A DNA stretch of 61,127 bases, filler included. It is 13 parts of 13 records of this genome, joined end to end, with 100 filler letters (N's around TTAATTAATTAA, not from the genome) between each part and the next. Parts side by side here need not be neighbours in the genome. Positions count along the whole stretch, not along the records: positions 44,429 to 51,397 come from SRR7504441_965; positions 51,498 to 54,786 come from SRR7504441_966; positions 54,887 to 61,127 come from SRR7504441_968; 10 more parts are not named here. The stretch is one strand, 5' to 3'. The position numbers were made by a program, and so were the translations under genes. The notes under the pieces are model-generated. The model had not been told where the DNA came from and ran no database searches. It saw nothing but the letters and a program-made list of their open reading frames with translations. Of this stretch, positions 45,368 through 55,449 are shown piece after piece (positions within the stretch are counted from its first letter, which is position 1; the number at the start of each line of letters is the position of its first letter).

Positions 45368-47095
45368 TCAACTCAGCGCCTGGCTCCTCCTCAACTGATA
45401 CCGCTGAAGTGACTGCTTCAGCTGGGCCTTGATCAGCCGTTGCTCCGTCGTGAGGCCCCCAAGCGCTTGGAGGAGCCCAGCTCGGGCCTGCTCGGAGGTC
45501 TTGTCAGACCCAAGCAACGGCCCAAGCCACGGTGCACAGCTCTCGGCCAACTGTCCGTCAGAGACCAGCTGGGCGAGTCTGGTCAGCAGCTCCGACGCTG
45601 TCTGGTCGGTCAGGCGGTCGACCGCTTGCTCGGGAGACCATCTGTTGAGCGCTCGGACCAACTGGAGATCGTCACCGGCTGCGAGCAGCTGCTGGCAGTC
45701 TACCTCCATGGTGCGCTGCGTGAGCTGATCCATCGAAAGCTTGCCCGACGCTGCCCTGCCTCCGAGCAGCTCTGGTGATTGCTCATCGCGGATGCAGTCC
45801 TCGTGGGAGCTGGGCGCACTGGTCGAAGACGGCCGGGTCTCAGGCCGATGGCTGCTGTATAGCTCGGCTGTGGACTTGAAGAACTTGGGATTTGGCCGGA
45901 GTCGCGGGTGCTTTGCCCTGGCCGAACTGCTGCGGGACTCCATCGACAGCCCACCGAGCCGGCTGGGCTGCTTTGCAGTCGGCCTTTCAATTGGCTCGGC
46001 GGCACGGTAAACTGTCGGGCAGAAACTGGAGGCCGGCCGGCGTATTGCAAATGGCAGATCCCAGTCCAGCCCTCCGGGGGAGCCACCTGGCACACCGCGC
46101 CCGGGCGCTGATCCTAGCTGAGCTGCGGGCTTGGGAGGCTCTACAGTGATCTCACTGTTGTCCTGATCCGTGGGGTTTGCGCTCGGCTCCAACTGCTCAA
46201 AGACCTGGAGCGCCTGGAGAGCCGCATCCCGCACTGGCCGCGCCGGGTCCCGCCGGCAGCGCTGCAGCCCGGGCACTATTCGGGGCAAGAGTGGCTGGAT
46301 CCCGACGCGCTGCCGCAGCCCGAGAGTGGTCAACGCTTCGACGGCCGCGGCGCGGGTCTGCCACTCGTTCTTGGACAATCCTTCCAGAACCGCGTCCACC
46401 AGCTCTTCCCTATGCGGCGTGAGTGTCGCTGTTGGCATGCTCCCGAACATCTCACCTATTGCGCCAACCAGCCCAGGCACCGCCTCAGCAGCCGACTGTT
46501 CGATGGCTTGGAGCAGCCGAGGCTTGAATTTATCAAACTCGGCCGGATCGGCCACCCGGCGTGGGGCCTGCTGGACCACCGCTCGGATGGCCAGGCTGGC
46601 CGCATGCTGCAAGTCGGCTGATGGCTGCACAAGCGCCGTGAATAGCGCCTTGAACACGCGACTCAGCGGGGTTTTGCCTTCCGGGGCAGCCATGGGCACC
46701 CAGGCGGCCAGCTGCCCAAACGCCGCCGCCACCGCCTCGCGCACGGTGTGGTCTGGGTCTTTGAGCCGCAGCCCCAGATTGGCCACCAGGCGGGCCCCAA
46801 AGTCGCTCAGACGATCCCGGAGCGCCCAACATGCGCTGCCGATGAGCCCAGCCACGGCCCGGCGCGAGTAGGCGGTCTGCTTGTGCCGGTGATCGAGCAG
46901 CAGCGAGAGGAACTCGGCGGTCCTGTCTGGGGCCAGGGTGCCGGCGATGGCCTCGACCTCCTGCACTCCTGTGGGCAGAGTGTCCAAGTCCTCGAGCTTG
47001 TGCAGCCCGGCGAACAGCGCCTCCCGGAGCACCAGCAGCTGGCCGTCTGACCGCACCCGCTTGTGCAGCCGCGACTGCTTCCGGTCGTGCGGCAT
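45368..47095 (-). CDS. TORTIFOLIA1/SPIRAL2-like HEAT-repeat microtubule-associated protein
   Basis: N-terminal LHKLEDLDT...RLKDPDHTVREA HEAT block, LSKNEWQTRAAAVEAL and CRRDPARPVRDA, then a disordered linker and C-terminal LLAAGDDLQLVRAL...DRLTDQTASELL...CAPWL. Both ends parallel plant TOR1/SPR2. Confidence 0.7.
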   Translation of the reverse strand: MPHDRKQSRLHKRVRSDGQLLVLREALFAGLHKLEDLDTLPTGVQEVEAIAGTLAPDRTAEFLSLLLDHRHKQTAYSRRAVAGLIGSACWALRDRLSDFGARLVANLGLRLKDPDHTVREAVAAAFGQLAAWVPMAAPEGKTPLSRVFKALFTALVQPSADLQHAASLAIRAVVQQAPRRVADPAEFDKFKPRLLQAIEQSAAEAVPGLVGAIGEMFGSMPTATLTPHREELVDAVLEGLSKNEWQTRAAAVEALTTLGLRQRVGIQPLLPRIVPGLQRCRRDPARPVRDAALQALQVFEQLEPSANPTDQDNSEITVEPPKPAAQLGSAPGRGVPGGSPGGLDWDLPFAIRRPASSFCPTVYRAAEPIERPTAKQPSRLGGLSMESRSSSARAKHPRLRPNPKFFKSTAELYSSHRPETRPSSTSAPSSHEDCIRDEQSPELLGGRAASGKLSMDQLTQRTMEVDCQQLLAAGDDLQLVRALNRWSPEQAVDRLTDQTASELLTRLAQLVSDGQLAESCAPWLGPLLGSDKTSEQARAGLLQALGGLTTEQRLIKAQLKQSLQRYQLRRSQALS

Positions 47096-47155
47096 AGCCC
47101 AGTGCTTGTTGATTCCCGGGCAGAACTAAGAATAGAATTATTGAATTATTAGTGG

Positions 47156-47917
47156 ATGGAGGAGATTGCGGAGGGGGACGGGCAGCCCACCTGGCAGCCC
47201 ACCGGCCTGTTCGCCGCGCGCCGGGCGCTCCCAGCCCGGCCGCGCTCAGCGGCGGTGACGGCCCGGACCGGATCCTCCGGCTGGGCTCTCCGCGGGGTTG
47301 GGTCCAGCCAGGTGGGAAGCTGCGCCCGACTGGGATCGGCGGTGAGCTTCGTGGCTGCCGAGTCCGGCTGGCCGCTCCGTGGGGGCTTCGTCTCACAGCC
47401 GGCGGCCCAGAGCTCGCCCGCCCTCTGCCACAGCCGCTTCTCCCCCCTCCCGGCCCGGCGATCCGGCCCGCAACCGGCACCGCGCCGACGCGGCAAGATC
47501 ACACGCCGGGGCGGCCCAAAGAAGCACCAACCACCGCCCCGGCCGGCCACGCCCGGCGGGTGCTGGCGACCAGCGTCAGCCTCGCCCTCAAGGTCGCCAG
47601 TCCGGCCGGCGATCCGGCCAGACAAGCCGCGAGCAGACGCCTGGCGGCGGCCGGTCAGTGCGTGTGGCCGGTTGAGGAGCCAAGGACCGGCCGAGTCGGA
47701 GCCGCTGGAGCGACCAGCGAGTGTGCCGCCGCTGGGGACAGCGCCGTCGGCGTGGGGGCAGTGCGTGGGGCTGCGGAGCGGTGGGGTAATGGGAGGTGTG
47801 CTGGTGCTCGGGAGTCCAGAGGAGCAGATTCGAGGCGATGCTGTGACGGCGGCCGATTTGATCAAAGTGCCTAGCGGTGGGGTGCGAGGGGGGATGCTGA
47901 CCCGCGATAGAGGGTGA
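47156..47917 (+). CDS. Pro/Arg/Ser-rich hypothetical protein
   Basis: 253-aa ATG ORF starting 60 bp from the divergent TOR1-like start, ending before an AT-rich region with AATAAA. No domain recognised. Confidence 0.4.
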   Translation: MEEIAEGDGQPTWQPTGLFAARRALPARPRSAAVTARTGSSGWALRGVGSSQVGSCARLGSAVSFVAAESGWPLRGGFVSQPAAQSSPALCHSRFSPLPARRSGPQPAPRRRGKITRRGGPKKHQPPPRPATPGGCWRPASASPSRSPVRPAIRPDKPRADAWRRPVSACGRLRSQGPAESEPLERPASVPPLGTAPSAWGQCVGLRSGGVMGGVLVLGSPEEQIRGDAVTAADLIKVPSGGVRGGMLTRDRG

Positions 47918-48085
47918 CGATAAAGAATAAAACTAGTCAATTAGTCCTTGATATGCTCAACTTATTCCATTATTATATGGGTGCAATTGAGCTCAAATTG
48001 ATTGCTCAACGCCGGACAGCGTGAACAAGCGTGCTAAATCATAGCTAAATCAGCGCAATTAATGTTACCCACTGGCCAGCCTGGG

Positions 48086-50236
48086 CTACAGCACCGCGTC
48101 GCGGGTCAGCCTGAACGCTTCGCAGAACTCGTTCATATCTACTTCGCCCGAGTGGTCCAGATCCAACAACTCGAACAACTCTGAAGCGTCGAGCGAAGTC
48201 TCTGAGACTTTGTTCACGGCCTCTATCCCCTTTGAGAACTCTTCAAAGTTGATCTTGCCGTCGTTATCCTCGTCCCAGTAGTCGAAGGTCGACTTGAGCA
48301 GACCAAACTTATCATACATGGCCGACAGCTCCGCCTGCTGTGCCGGCGCTGCCTGTTGCCTGACTGTGTACCTACTCAGAAACTTTTCATAGTCAACGGG
48401 CAGCCCCTCCCGCCGCGTGGGCTCGCCCATCAACGAGGGTAGCACGGCAGCCCAGTTGATGTCCAGATGAAGCGCTTGCTTGAGCACGTCAGCCACTACC
48501 TTCTCCGACAGGCTTCCGGTCTTGCCTGTGTCTGCTTGCTGGAACGCTCTGAGCAGCCTGTAATGCCTCCGGAAGAGCATATCGGCCAGCCGCAGGCGAT
48601 TATTCCCCACCAGTTTGGAATCAGGCGGCTTGACCGTCGATCTGAACCTGAAAACCTTGGGCTTTTGGTCTAGCGAGGTGAACGTGAGGACTGCGCCTTG
48701 GTTATCACCGTCAGAGTAATTTGAGGCCGAGAAAATCGTGTACAAGGAGTACTTGGTTCTACTGCTGCTCCCATGCACCGTGTCCTTGACCGGCAGGTAC
48801 TCGCATCCGTCCTCTATGCACTCGTGCGACCGAACCAGTGTGTTGCAGCCTATTTGCTGCAGCCATCGGAGTGTCACGTCGGGTCCGAATTCGACCCCGG
48901 AGCCGCGCTCGCTCGCATATACGCCGTTCATCTGGTCCGGAGTCGGGTCTGACCACAACATCTCCTCGATGAGAGTGTCGTATATGGTGGGTGTCTTTGT
49001 CTGCACTATCACTGTCTGGTACTTGGTCCGCTCGATCTCATTGATCCTATCAAGCGTGGTGCCAGGGTCCGAGAACAGCCCGCCATGCACCACGAATATG
49101 CCCTTGCCGGCGCACTGGCTGCCGCCGCCCACGATAGCGCACAGCGGCAGGTGCTGAAACATCTTGATGATCAAAGCAAACATCCGCTTGGAGTACTTCT
49201 TGGTGCATTCTTTCATAAACCCGTACGACTGGTTCACCAGCAAATCCTCGTGGTTGCCCCGGTTCAGGTGCACATAGTCCGGGTGCAGCACCTTATATGC
49301 CAGTAAGATCAGCAACACCTCCACCCCGTCCTTGCCTCGGTCCACGAAATCACCATTGAACAGAATCCGATTCTGCGCTGACGGGGTCCCAATCTCTTCG
49401 AAGATGCAGTGCAGGTCTGATAAGCTCCCGTGCAAGTCGCCCACGATGGTCAGCCGGGACTCGGGCGTCGGCGGCTCGAGCCTCACTGCGTTAGGCTGTT
49501 GCTTGAACACTGCAGTCGCCTCCTTCACAACAATCTCTGCATACTTGGCAGCCAGCGGCATTCCGTTCATAAAGCTTCGGCGGAGGTCGGTCGCAGTGCC
49601 CGGGGCGAGAGGGACAGTTATGGTTATCCCGTGGCCCTCGCGCTGGATGTCTATATCAACGTTCATCGTATACTCGGCTGCTGGGCCCATCGAGGCTTCG
49701 TCGCTCTGGTTCACATCGGCCTTATCCAGCTCCATGAACAGCTTGGCCACCTGCCCGCGGGCTCAGCGCTGCCACCGCCCAGGGCGCCTTGAGTCGGTCT
49801 TCCTCGTCCCGTTGGTCTAACTGATTCCACAGCCTCCACTCGTTCCCCAGATTCTGGCCAGTGGAACGCACAAATATCTGTCCTGCACTCGCCCCCACCC
49901 CCCGCCTCCGCCCACCTTGTAGCCGTGCACGAACTCGTTCAAATCCACCCGCTGGTTCCTGGGCCACCGCTCCAGCCGGTGCCCCCGGCTAGCGCACCGG
50001 TCCTGGTCCAGCACATGGAAAAGGGCTTCAATGTCTTGATCCCGCATCCCAAAGTCGGCCTGCCCTGCCCGTCAGGCAGCCCGGCCAGCCGGCCACCAGT
50101 CCCGCCATGAACTCGACCAGGTTTAAAGAGCCCTGGTCCTCGGTGTCCATCTCCTGCGGCCGGCTCGTCCGGGGCAAAAGCCGGACTGGGAGACCTTGAA
50201 GATCGCATACGCCACCTCGGCGTCGCTGGTCGGCAT
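48086..50236 (-). CDS. PPEF: PPEF/rdgC-like serine/threonine phosphatase with N- and C-terminal EF-hands
   Basis: PPP motifs GDLHG, GDFVDRG, LNRGNHE, VHGGL, LWSDP, VRSHE and IFSASNY. PPEF-type WRLWNQLDQRDEEDRLK. C-terminal EF loops DTGKTGSLS, DEDNDGKINFEEF and DLDHSGEVDMNEF. Five short 5' introns, including GC-AG 49751-49787. Confidence 0.88.
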
Positions 50237-50418
50237 CTGGCTCGCCCGGCTTGCTGGCCGCAGCCCTGCAGCCCCGGCTATCCACCGGCCCAGCGGCGGC
50301 CGCACCTCCGGTCACGCCGCGTGCCTGTTTTGGACCTCCAACAAAGACGAATCGGTTGCCGTTGAAAAAATCAAAGCCCCGACGGTGAGAGGAGGAGGGG
50401 GGGGGGTTTGCTCGAGAG

Positions 50419-51134
50419 ATGCGGGCCGCCCCTTTGGGCGAGCTGGTGGGTGCCGCTGGGCAGGTGTACGGGGCGCTGCTCGAGGAGGTCCGCGCCCGGC
50501 CAGATGCCCGGCGGCCAGCCCGGTCTGCAGGCCCCGTTCCGGCACAACGAGATCGGCTGCCTGATGAACGACATCGACGTCCGGCCTTTCGGTTCCGGGC
50601 GGCCTTGTGAGCCCGGGGCAGGTGCTGCTGGACCAGCAGCCGATCGACGCGTTCATCGCCGGGCACGATCAGATGGCCCGAATTGTGGCCGATCGGATCC
50701 CCGCCGTCGAGGAGGTGCGCGGGGCCCTCCGGACGGCAGGTCACCCCGGGCGGGCAGCGGCTGTTCGAGCACGCCGAGCCGGCCGCGGCAGCCGGTGCGC
50801 CGCCGTGTGGCCGGGGAGCGAGCCCAGGGCAGCGCGGCAGGCCCAGGGGCTGGCACAGCGCGTGCTCGCACTGGAGGCAACACACAACGTGCCCGGCGGG
50901 CCGGCTTAAGGCCGAGCGGGCGGGCAGGAGCGGCACGCAGCGGCCCGGGCGGCCCGGGCGGAGGAGAATAAGCTCAAGTATGCGGTGAGTGCTCGCCCGG
51001 GCGCTGTGGCCGAGCGTTGGCGATAGACGGAGCTGGCGGCGCTGATGGAGGCCAAGAAAGAGGCGCTGGAGGCGTTCGAGGCCAAGGTGCCGTCCCCGCG
51101 ACTGCATGGCCGGAGTGTCCTAGCGGCTGCCTGA
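50419..51134 (+). CDS. Probable BLOC-1 subunit 5 (Muted)-like coiled-coil protein, about 6-7 tiny introns
   Basis: Manual splicing gives MRAAPLGELVGAAGQVYGALLEE|APFRHNEIGCLMNDID|VLLDQQ...DRIPAVEE|RL...EAKKEALEAFEAK. This resembles the BLOC1S5 N-terminal pattern (GEIHSRLLDHRPVIQGE...HTLPKC). The 3' end is uncertain. Confidence 0.45.
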
Positions 51135-51691
51135 GTATCTTACCCGCTGTCACTCTGTTGAATCGTCAATAGCTTCAGTCATTGGTTGTTGGCACTGGTT
51201 GTCGGTAGCTGGATGGCGGGTGAGGGCAGGGCCAGGGTCTGGAGTTGGAACAACAGATGAGGGTGGCCGACGAGCTGTTGCTGATGGATTGTTGTCGCGT
51301 CCTAGACGATTTATGATATACAATATCTACATACTAAGCGCATTCACTCGATCGATTTTGTGTTTCGTGTGTTTTTAGTGCTGTTTTTCGAGGCGTCNNN
51401 NNNNNNNNNNNNNNNNNNNNNNNNNNNNNNNNNNNNNNNNNTTAATTAATTAANNNNNNNNNNNNNNNNNNNNNNNNNNNNNNNNNNNNNNNNNNNNCAC
51501 CCGATTCCGCACTTCCCTGCCTTATTTGTTCTATAGGGTATCTATAATCCCAGATTCCCGAACCTGCTGATATTAAATAACTAATCTTGGCTATCTTAGA
51601 AGCATCTAGCTGACTTCTGTTGTTCGCGAAGGTTTTCTCCCTTTGGTGTTCATCCAACTTATCAGCGCTCATACAGAATTGGTTGAGCAAT

Positions 51692-52375
51692 ATGCACACG
51701 CTCATGCGCAAGACTTTAAACACCCCACAGAATACTCCAAAGCACAGACACAAACAACAACAACTCTCTGCAGCCGAGCTCTCTCCCATGAAATTAAGCC
51801 CAACTGCCAATCAGCATTCCCCAATGGGTACGCTCACTAAAGAGCCTGCCTCTGTCGCTATATCTCCCGGAGAGTCACCTCCAGTGGCACCAGTGACAAC
51901 AGAGTCAACCCCTGCCACTCCCTTGCGCAAATCCGAAGCGGCTCCAACAACCGCGCTGATTTCAGCAGCAGAACTGGCAGCTCAACGGAAAGAAGAGCTC
52001 AAGGCTCGACTGAAGCAGCAAGCGATTGAGAGGGTCAAGGCGAAACAGAGGAGTTCTGAGGTGGCTGGAAGCAAATTGCCTGAGCTGCCAGGTGCGCACG
52101 AGGAGCCTTTAATGGAGGGTGCTAGTTCAGAAGGAGCCAACAATACAATCATTGGTGCCGAAAAAGGAAGCGCTGACAGGATTGATGTCCAACGCCGACA
52201 GGATTTACTGGATAAGGTGATGGCACGGAAGAGCGACAAAGCTGCAGCGCCGTCTTCGAGCCCAGGAAGCGGCACAACTCAAGATGCAGCGCTCAAGCGG
52301 AGAGAAGAAATGAAAGCCAAGCTGAAAGCCGATGCTATGGAGAGAGTAAAAGCGCGGCAAACAGATGCAAAGTAA
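51692..52375 (+). CDS. Low-complexity protein with repeated helical motif (possibly the last exon of a truncated gene)
   Basis: Repeats QRKEELKARLKQQAIERVKAKQ / KRREEMKAKLKADAMERVKARQ. Stop TAA at 52375. Confidence 0.5.
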   Translation: MHTLMRKTLNTPQNTPKHRHKQQQLSAAELSPMKLSPTANQHSPMGTLTKEPASVAISPGESPPVAPVTTESTPATPLRKSEAAPTTALISAAELAAQRKEELKARLKQQAIERVKAKQRSSEVAGSKLPELPGAHEEPLMEGASSEGANNTIIGAEKGSADRIDVQRRQDLLDKVMARKSDKAAAPSSSPGSGTTQDAALKRREEMKAKLKADAMERVKARQTDAK

Positions 52376-52553
52376 TACAAACAAATTTCAGATCCATGGA
52401 GCGTAGCTTAATAATCGTACATGTAGCTAGCATCACATTCATGTATTTCATAACGTTAGTTGTAGCCTTGGAAATGAACTGGTTGTAAGTCTAAGTTGAA
52501 ATTGCGCCTCGAACATGTACGCGAATCATCCGCTCATGTACGCTCATGATAGC

Positions 52554-54053
52554 TCATAACAATTCCTTGACACGTTCTGTCTGTGAGCATGGCTGGATGG
52601 GCGGCCCGCTGTGCACTAGCGTGAGTAGCCAACTAACCAGCCACACGGTGCCAAGCCCTGCTACCAGCAGAGCCACAAGCGCGTAGCCCCACAGGTCCTG
52701 GGTCTGGTCCCGGTGCCCGAAGTTCTCGATCAGCCCCGTGGTCAACTGGTGCGCTGCCAGCGCCAGCAGCCAGGCCGCTCCAGCAGTGGTCGCCTCCACA
52801 AGGTCGTTGCACCGCTCCATCGCGTTAAGCTGCCGCTGGAACTGCTGGTCCGTCATCCCGGCTGCCTCGGCCAGTCTGCGCTCGGCTCGCCTGGCGTACC
52901 ACTCTGCTGCCAGCCCAAGCAGCAGCACGAGCACCACGGTCAGCCCAAAAGACCAGGCTCGGGTGCCCAAGGCTGGTGCAAGCGGGGCCGGCGCTCTCTG
53001 GCTGCTGAGCTCTATCCACGAGCTTCCCGCGTCGTACAGCGCGGCTGCGGCTGTCAGCACAAGCACCTGCCCCTCACTGAGCCGCAGCCAGCCAACCAGC
53101 CGCCTTGCGCAGCAGCTGGACCGGCAGCGTGAAGCAGCCGCCGTCGATAGTGCGGAGTCCGGCCTGGCTCGGGCCTGGAAGGGCGCTAGTCAGGTGAGTC
53201 CTGTGCACGCGCGGCTGCCAGAGCACCAAGCCCGCTCCAGCCATCTGGAGCACCGGGTAGCCCAACCAACTGGCACAGGCTCAGGCTCAGCCGAGCCGGC
53301 CGGGCACCAGGCCAGCAGCAGCGAGGGCGCGTGGCGGCCCACCCAGCAAATCCCCAGGTGGATGGCCGTCTGCCAACATAGCACCAGCATCCAGCCGATC
53401 CATCCGAGCGCCATACCCGTCCACCCGCGCGACAGCTCCTGCGCCCGCCAACTCGGGTGCTGTCTCTCCGCGCCGCTGAGCTCCAGGCAGACCAGCGCAA
53501 GCCCGAGCAGTCCGAGCAAGTAGCACACGATCGGCACAACCCCTTCGCCGGCCAGCCCCATCATGGCCAAGCTGCACGGCGCCGCCCCAAACAGCAGCGC
53601 CGCGTCCCCAAATACGGCCACCGCCCGCCCCCACACCAGCGCCGCCCGAGCCCGCTGCGGGGCCGCCCTGGGGGCTGGCTGGATCTGCTCGGCGTACAGC
53701 GAGAGCGCCGCGAGGATCGCCCCGACCGAACCGAGCCCGGCCAGCCCGGCGTACAGCCAGCGCGTGCCCCCGTCGACTAGCCCAGCGTCCACCATCCAGG
53801 CGTCGGCGCCGTCGGCGCTCCCGGCCACCGCCGCGAGCGTTGCGAGCGCGGCGATCATCAGGGTTGCCTTGAGGGCGAGCTGGGCGGCCGGACGGGCGAT
53901 GGTGTGCTTGGCCGACCAAATGGAGCTGTGGCTCCCCCAGAGCAGCTCGGCATGGTCCTCCTCCGAATCCGCCGGGGGGAAGCACCCGCCGAGCAGCGGA
54001 GCGTCCTCTGTCAACGGGGCCGGTTGCCCTCGCCCTGCCGGCGACGGGGGCAT
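52554..54053 (-). CDS. Multi-pass membrane protein of unknown family, multi-intron
   Basis: Many hydrophobic segments in ORFs 53190..54053 and 52554..53066, separated by short GT-AG intron-like sequences. Confidence 0.55.
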
Positions 54054-54210
54054 CCTCCTCTCAGGAGGACCGTGACGGCAGTGCTTCTCCGGGCTCTCTC
54101 AGGCACTGCAGCCTTCACGTGCGGTGCCGCGGACGGATCGAGGATTTTGAGAGGCAGAGAGGCCGGGGGGGTGGTAGTCGAAGAGCAAGGGCGTGGCTGC
54201 CCGGTCAGCG

Positions 54211-54786
54211 ATGGTGAGATACCTGCTAGTGCTGGGCCCAGCCGCGGCGGGCAGCCGGAGATATCGCCCGAGCAGCTGCGCAAGGGGCTGACGGACAAGT
54301 TGTTCGGTGCGCCCATGGCCAGCCGGGCTGAGCTTGCGAGCAGAGGCTTACGACGCGGATGGCGGAGGATCGATCGACCCCGACGAGTTCGCCGACCTGC
54401 TCGAGGCGTGCCGGCCGGAGATGAGTCCGGAGCAGCGGGCTGACACCTTCAAGGCAGCTGCTGCCGGGCTGGCTGAGCCCCGGGCAGGAGGCTGGGCTGA
54501 CCGCAGGCCCGATCAACCGAGAGGGGCTCGAGCGGTGGTGCGCGGGGCTGTTCGGGAACGAGGACCAGGCGGTGTGCGCCGGGATCCTGGAGATGCTCCG
54601 AGGTGGGCTGGCCGCTGGTGTGGGGCGAGCAGGCGGCAGATGGGCTGGAGATGACGCCGGACGAGCTGGACCAGCTCAAGGGCGAGGTGGAGGCCGACTG
54701 CCGGACCGAGACAGCCAAGGCCGAGGCCGAGGCCAAGCTGCAGGCCGAGAAGCAGCAGCTGGAGGCCAAGCAGCAGGCGCTGGCCA
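54211..54786 (+). CDS. EF-hand plus coiled-coil protein, 3'-truncated; first coding exon is only the ATG
   Basis: ATG|intron 54214-54254|PEISPEQLRKGLTDKLF|EAYDADGGGSIDPDEF (EF loop)...DTFK|GC-AG intron 54454-54487|EAGL...LQAEKQQLEAKQQ. Confidence 0.65.
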
Positions 54787-55382
54787 NNNNNNNNNNNNNN
54801 NNNNNNNNNNNNNNNNNNNNNNNNNNNNNNTTAATTAATTAANNNNNNNNNNNNNNNNNNNNNNNNNNNNNNNNNNNNNNNNNNNNGGAGTCGACGAAGA
54901 AAGGTCGAAAAAATGTGGGAAGGAAATTATCTACCGTACCGAGGAGGGATACGTGAATATGTGGGGGAAGAAAGTTGAGACTCGCACGTATGTCGCAGGA
55001 TGTCAGTTACCTATGGGGAGACGCCTCCTGGGCAGCGGGCGCGAAGAGCGCGAAGAGCGCGAGCGCGAAGTGCGCGCGCGCGAAGAAGTGCCAATATACA
55101 CTTGTGAGTGTAACCGTGACCCTCATTCGTGGCATTCACGCTACAACCAAGGCGGTTGTGGCGTGTTCTCCGGGTGCTGATAGCGCAAGCCTATAGCAAG
55201 ACTTTTACAAAGAGAAAACCGAACACAGACCTCGGCGAGGTGATGTTTCGACAACACACCGTTCACACCGTTTGGACGGTGTTGGCGTGCAGCCGTGCAC
55301 GGGACTCGGGTTTGTGGCTAGATTGGGTACAATCGTGTACTACATATAGGGTGCAAATCCGTGCAATACAAACTCTTGATCA

Positions 55383-55406
55383 ATTGATTGATTGATTGAT
55401 TGATTG
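55383..55406. repeat. (ATTG)6 microsatellite
   Basis: attg x6 lies just downstream of the GH31 stop. Shorter ATTG runs also occur near 44670. Confidence 0.9.
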
Positions 55407-55449
55407 AATGCATGATTGGGAGACGCCCTTAGGCTAATAGCGCCCTAAG

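Noticed and set aside
3505-54886. Repeated TTAATTAATTAA palindrome flanked by Ns (12 copies)
   Set aside because: Artificial concatenation linker. It is not a repeat, CRISPR array or element end, and gene adjacency across it is meaningless.
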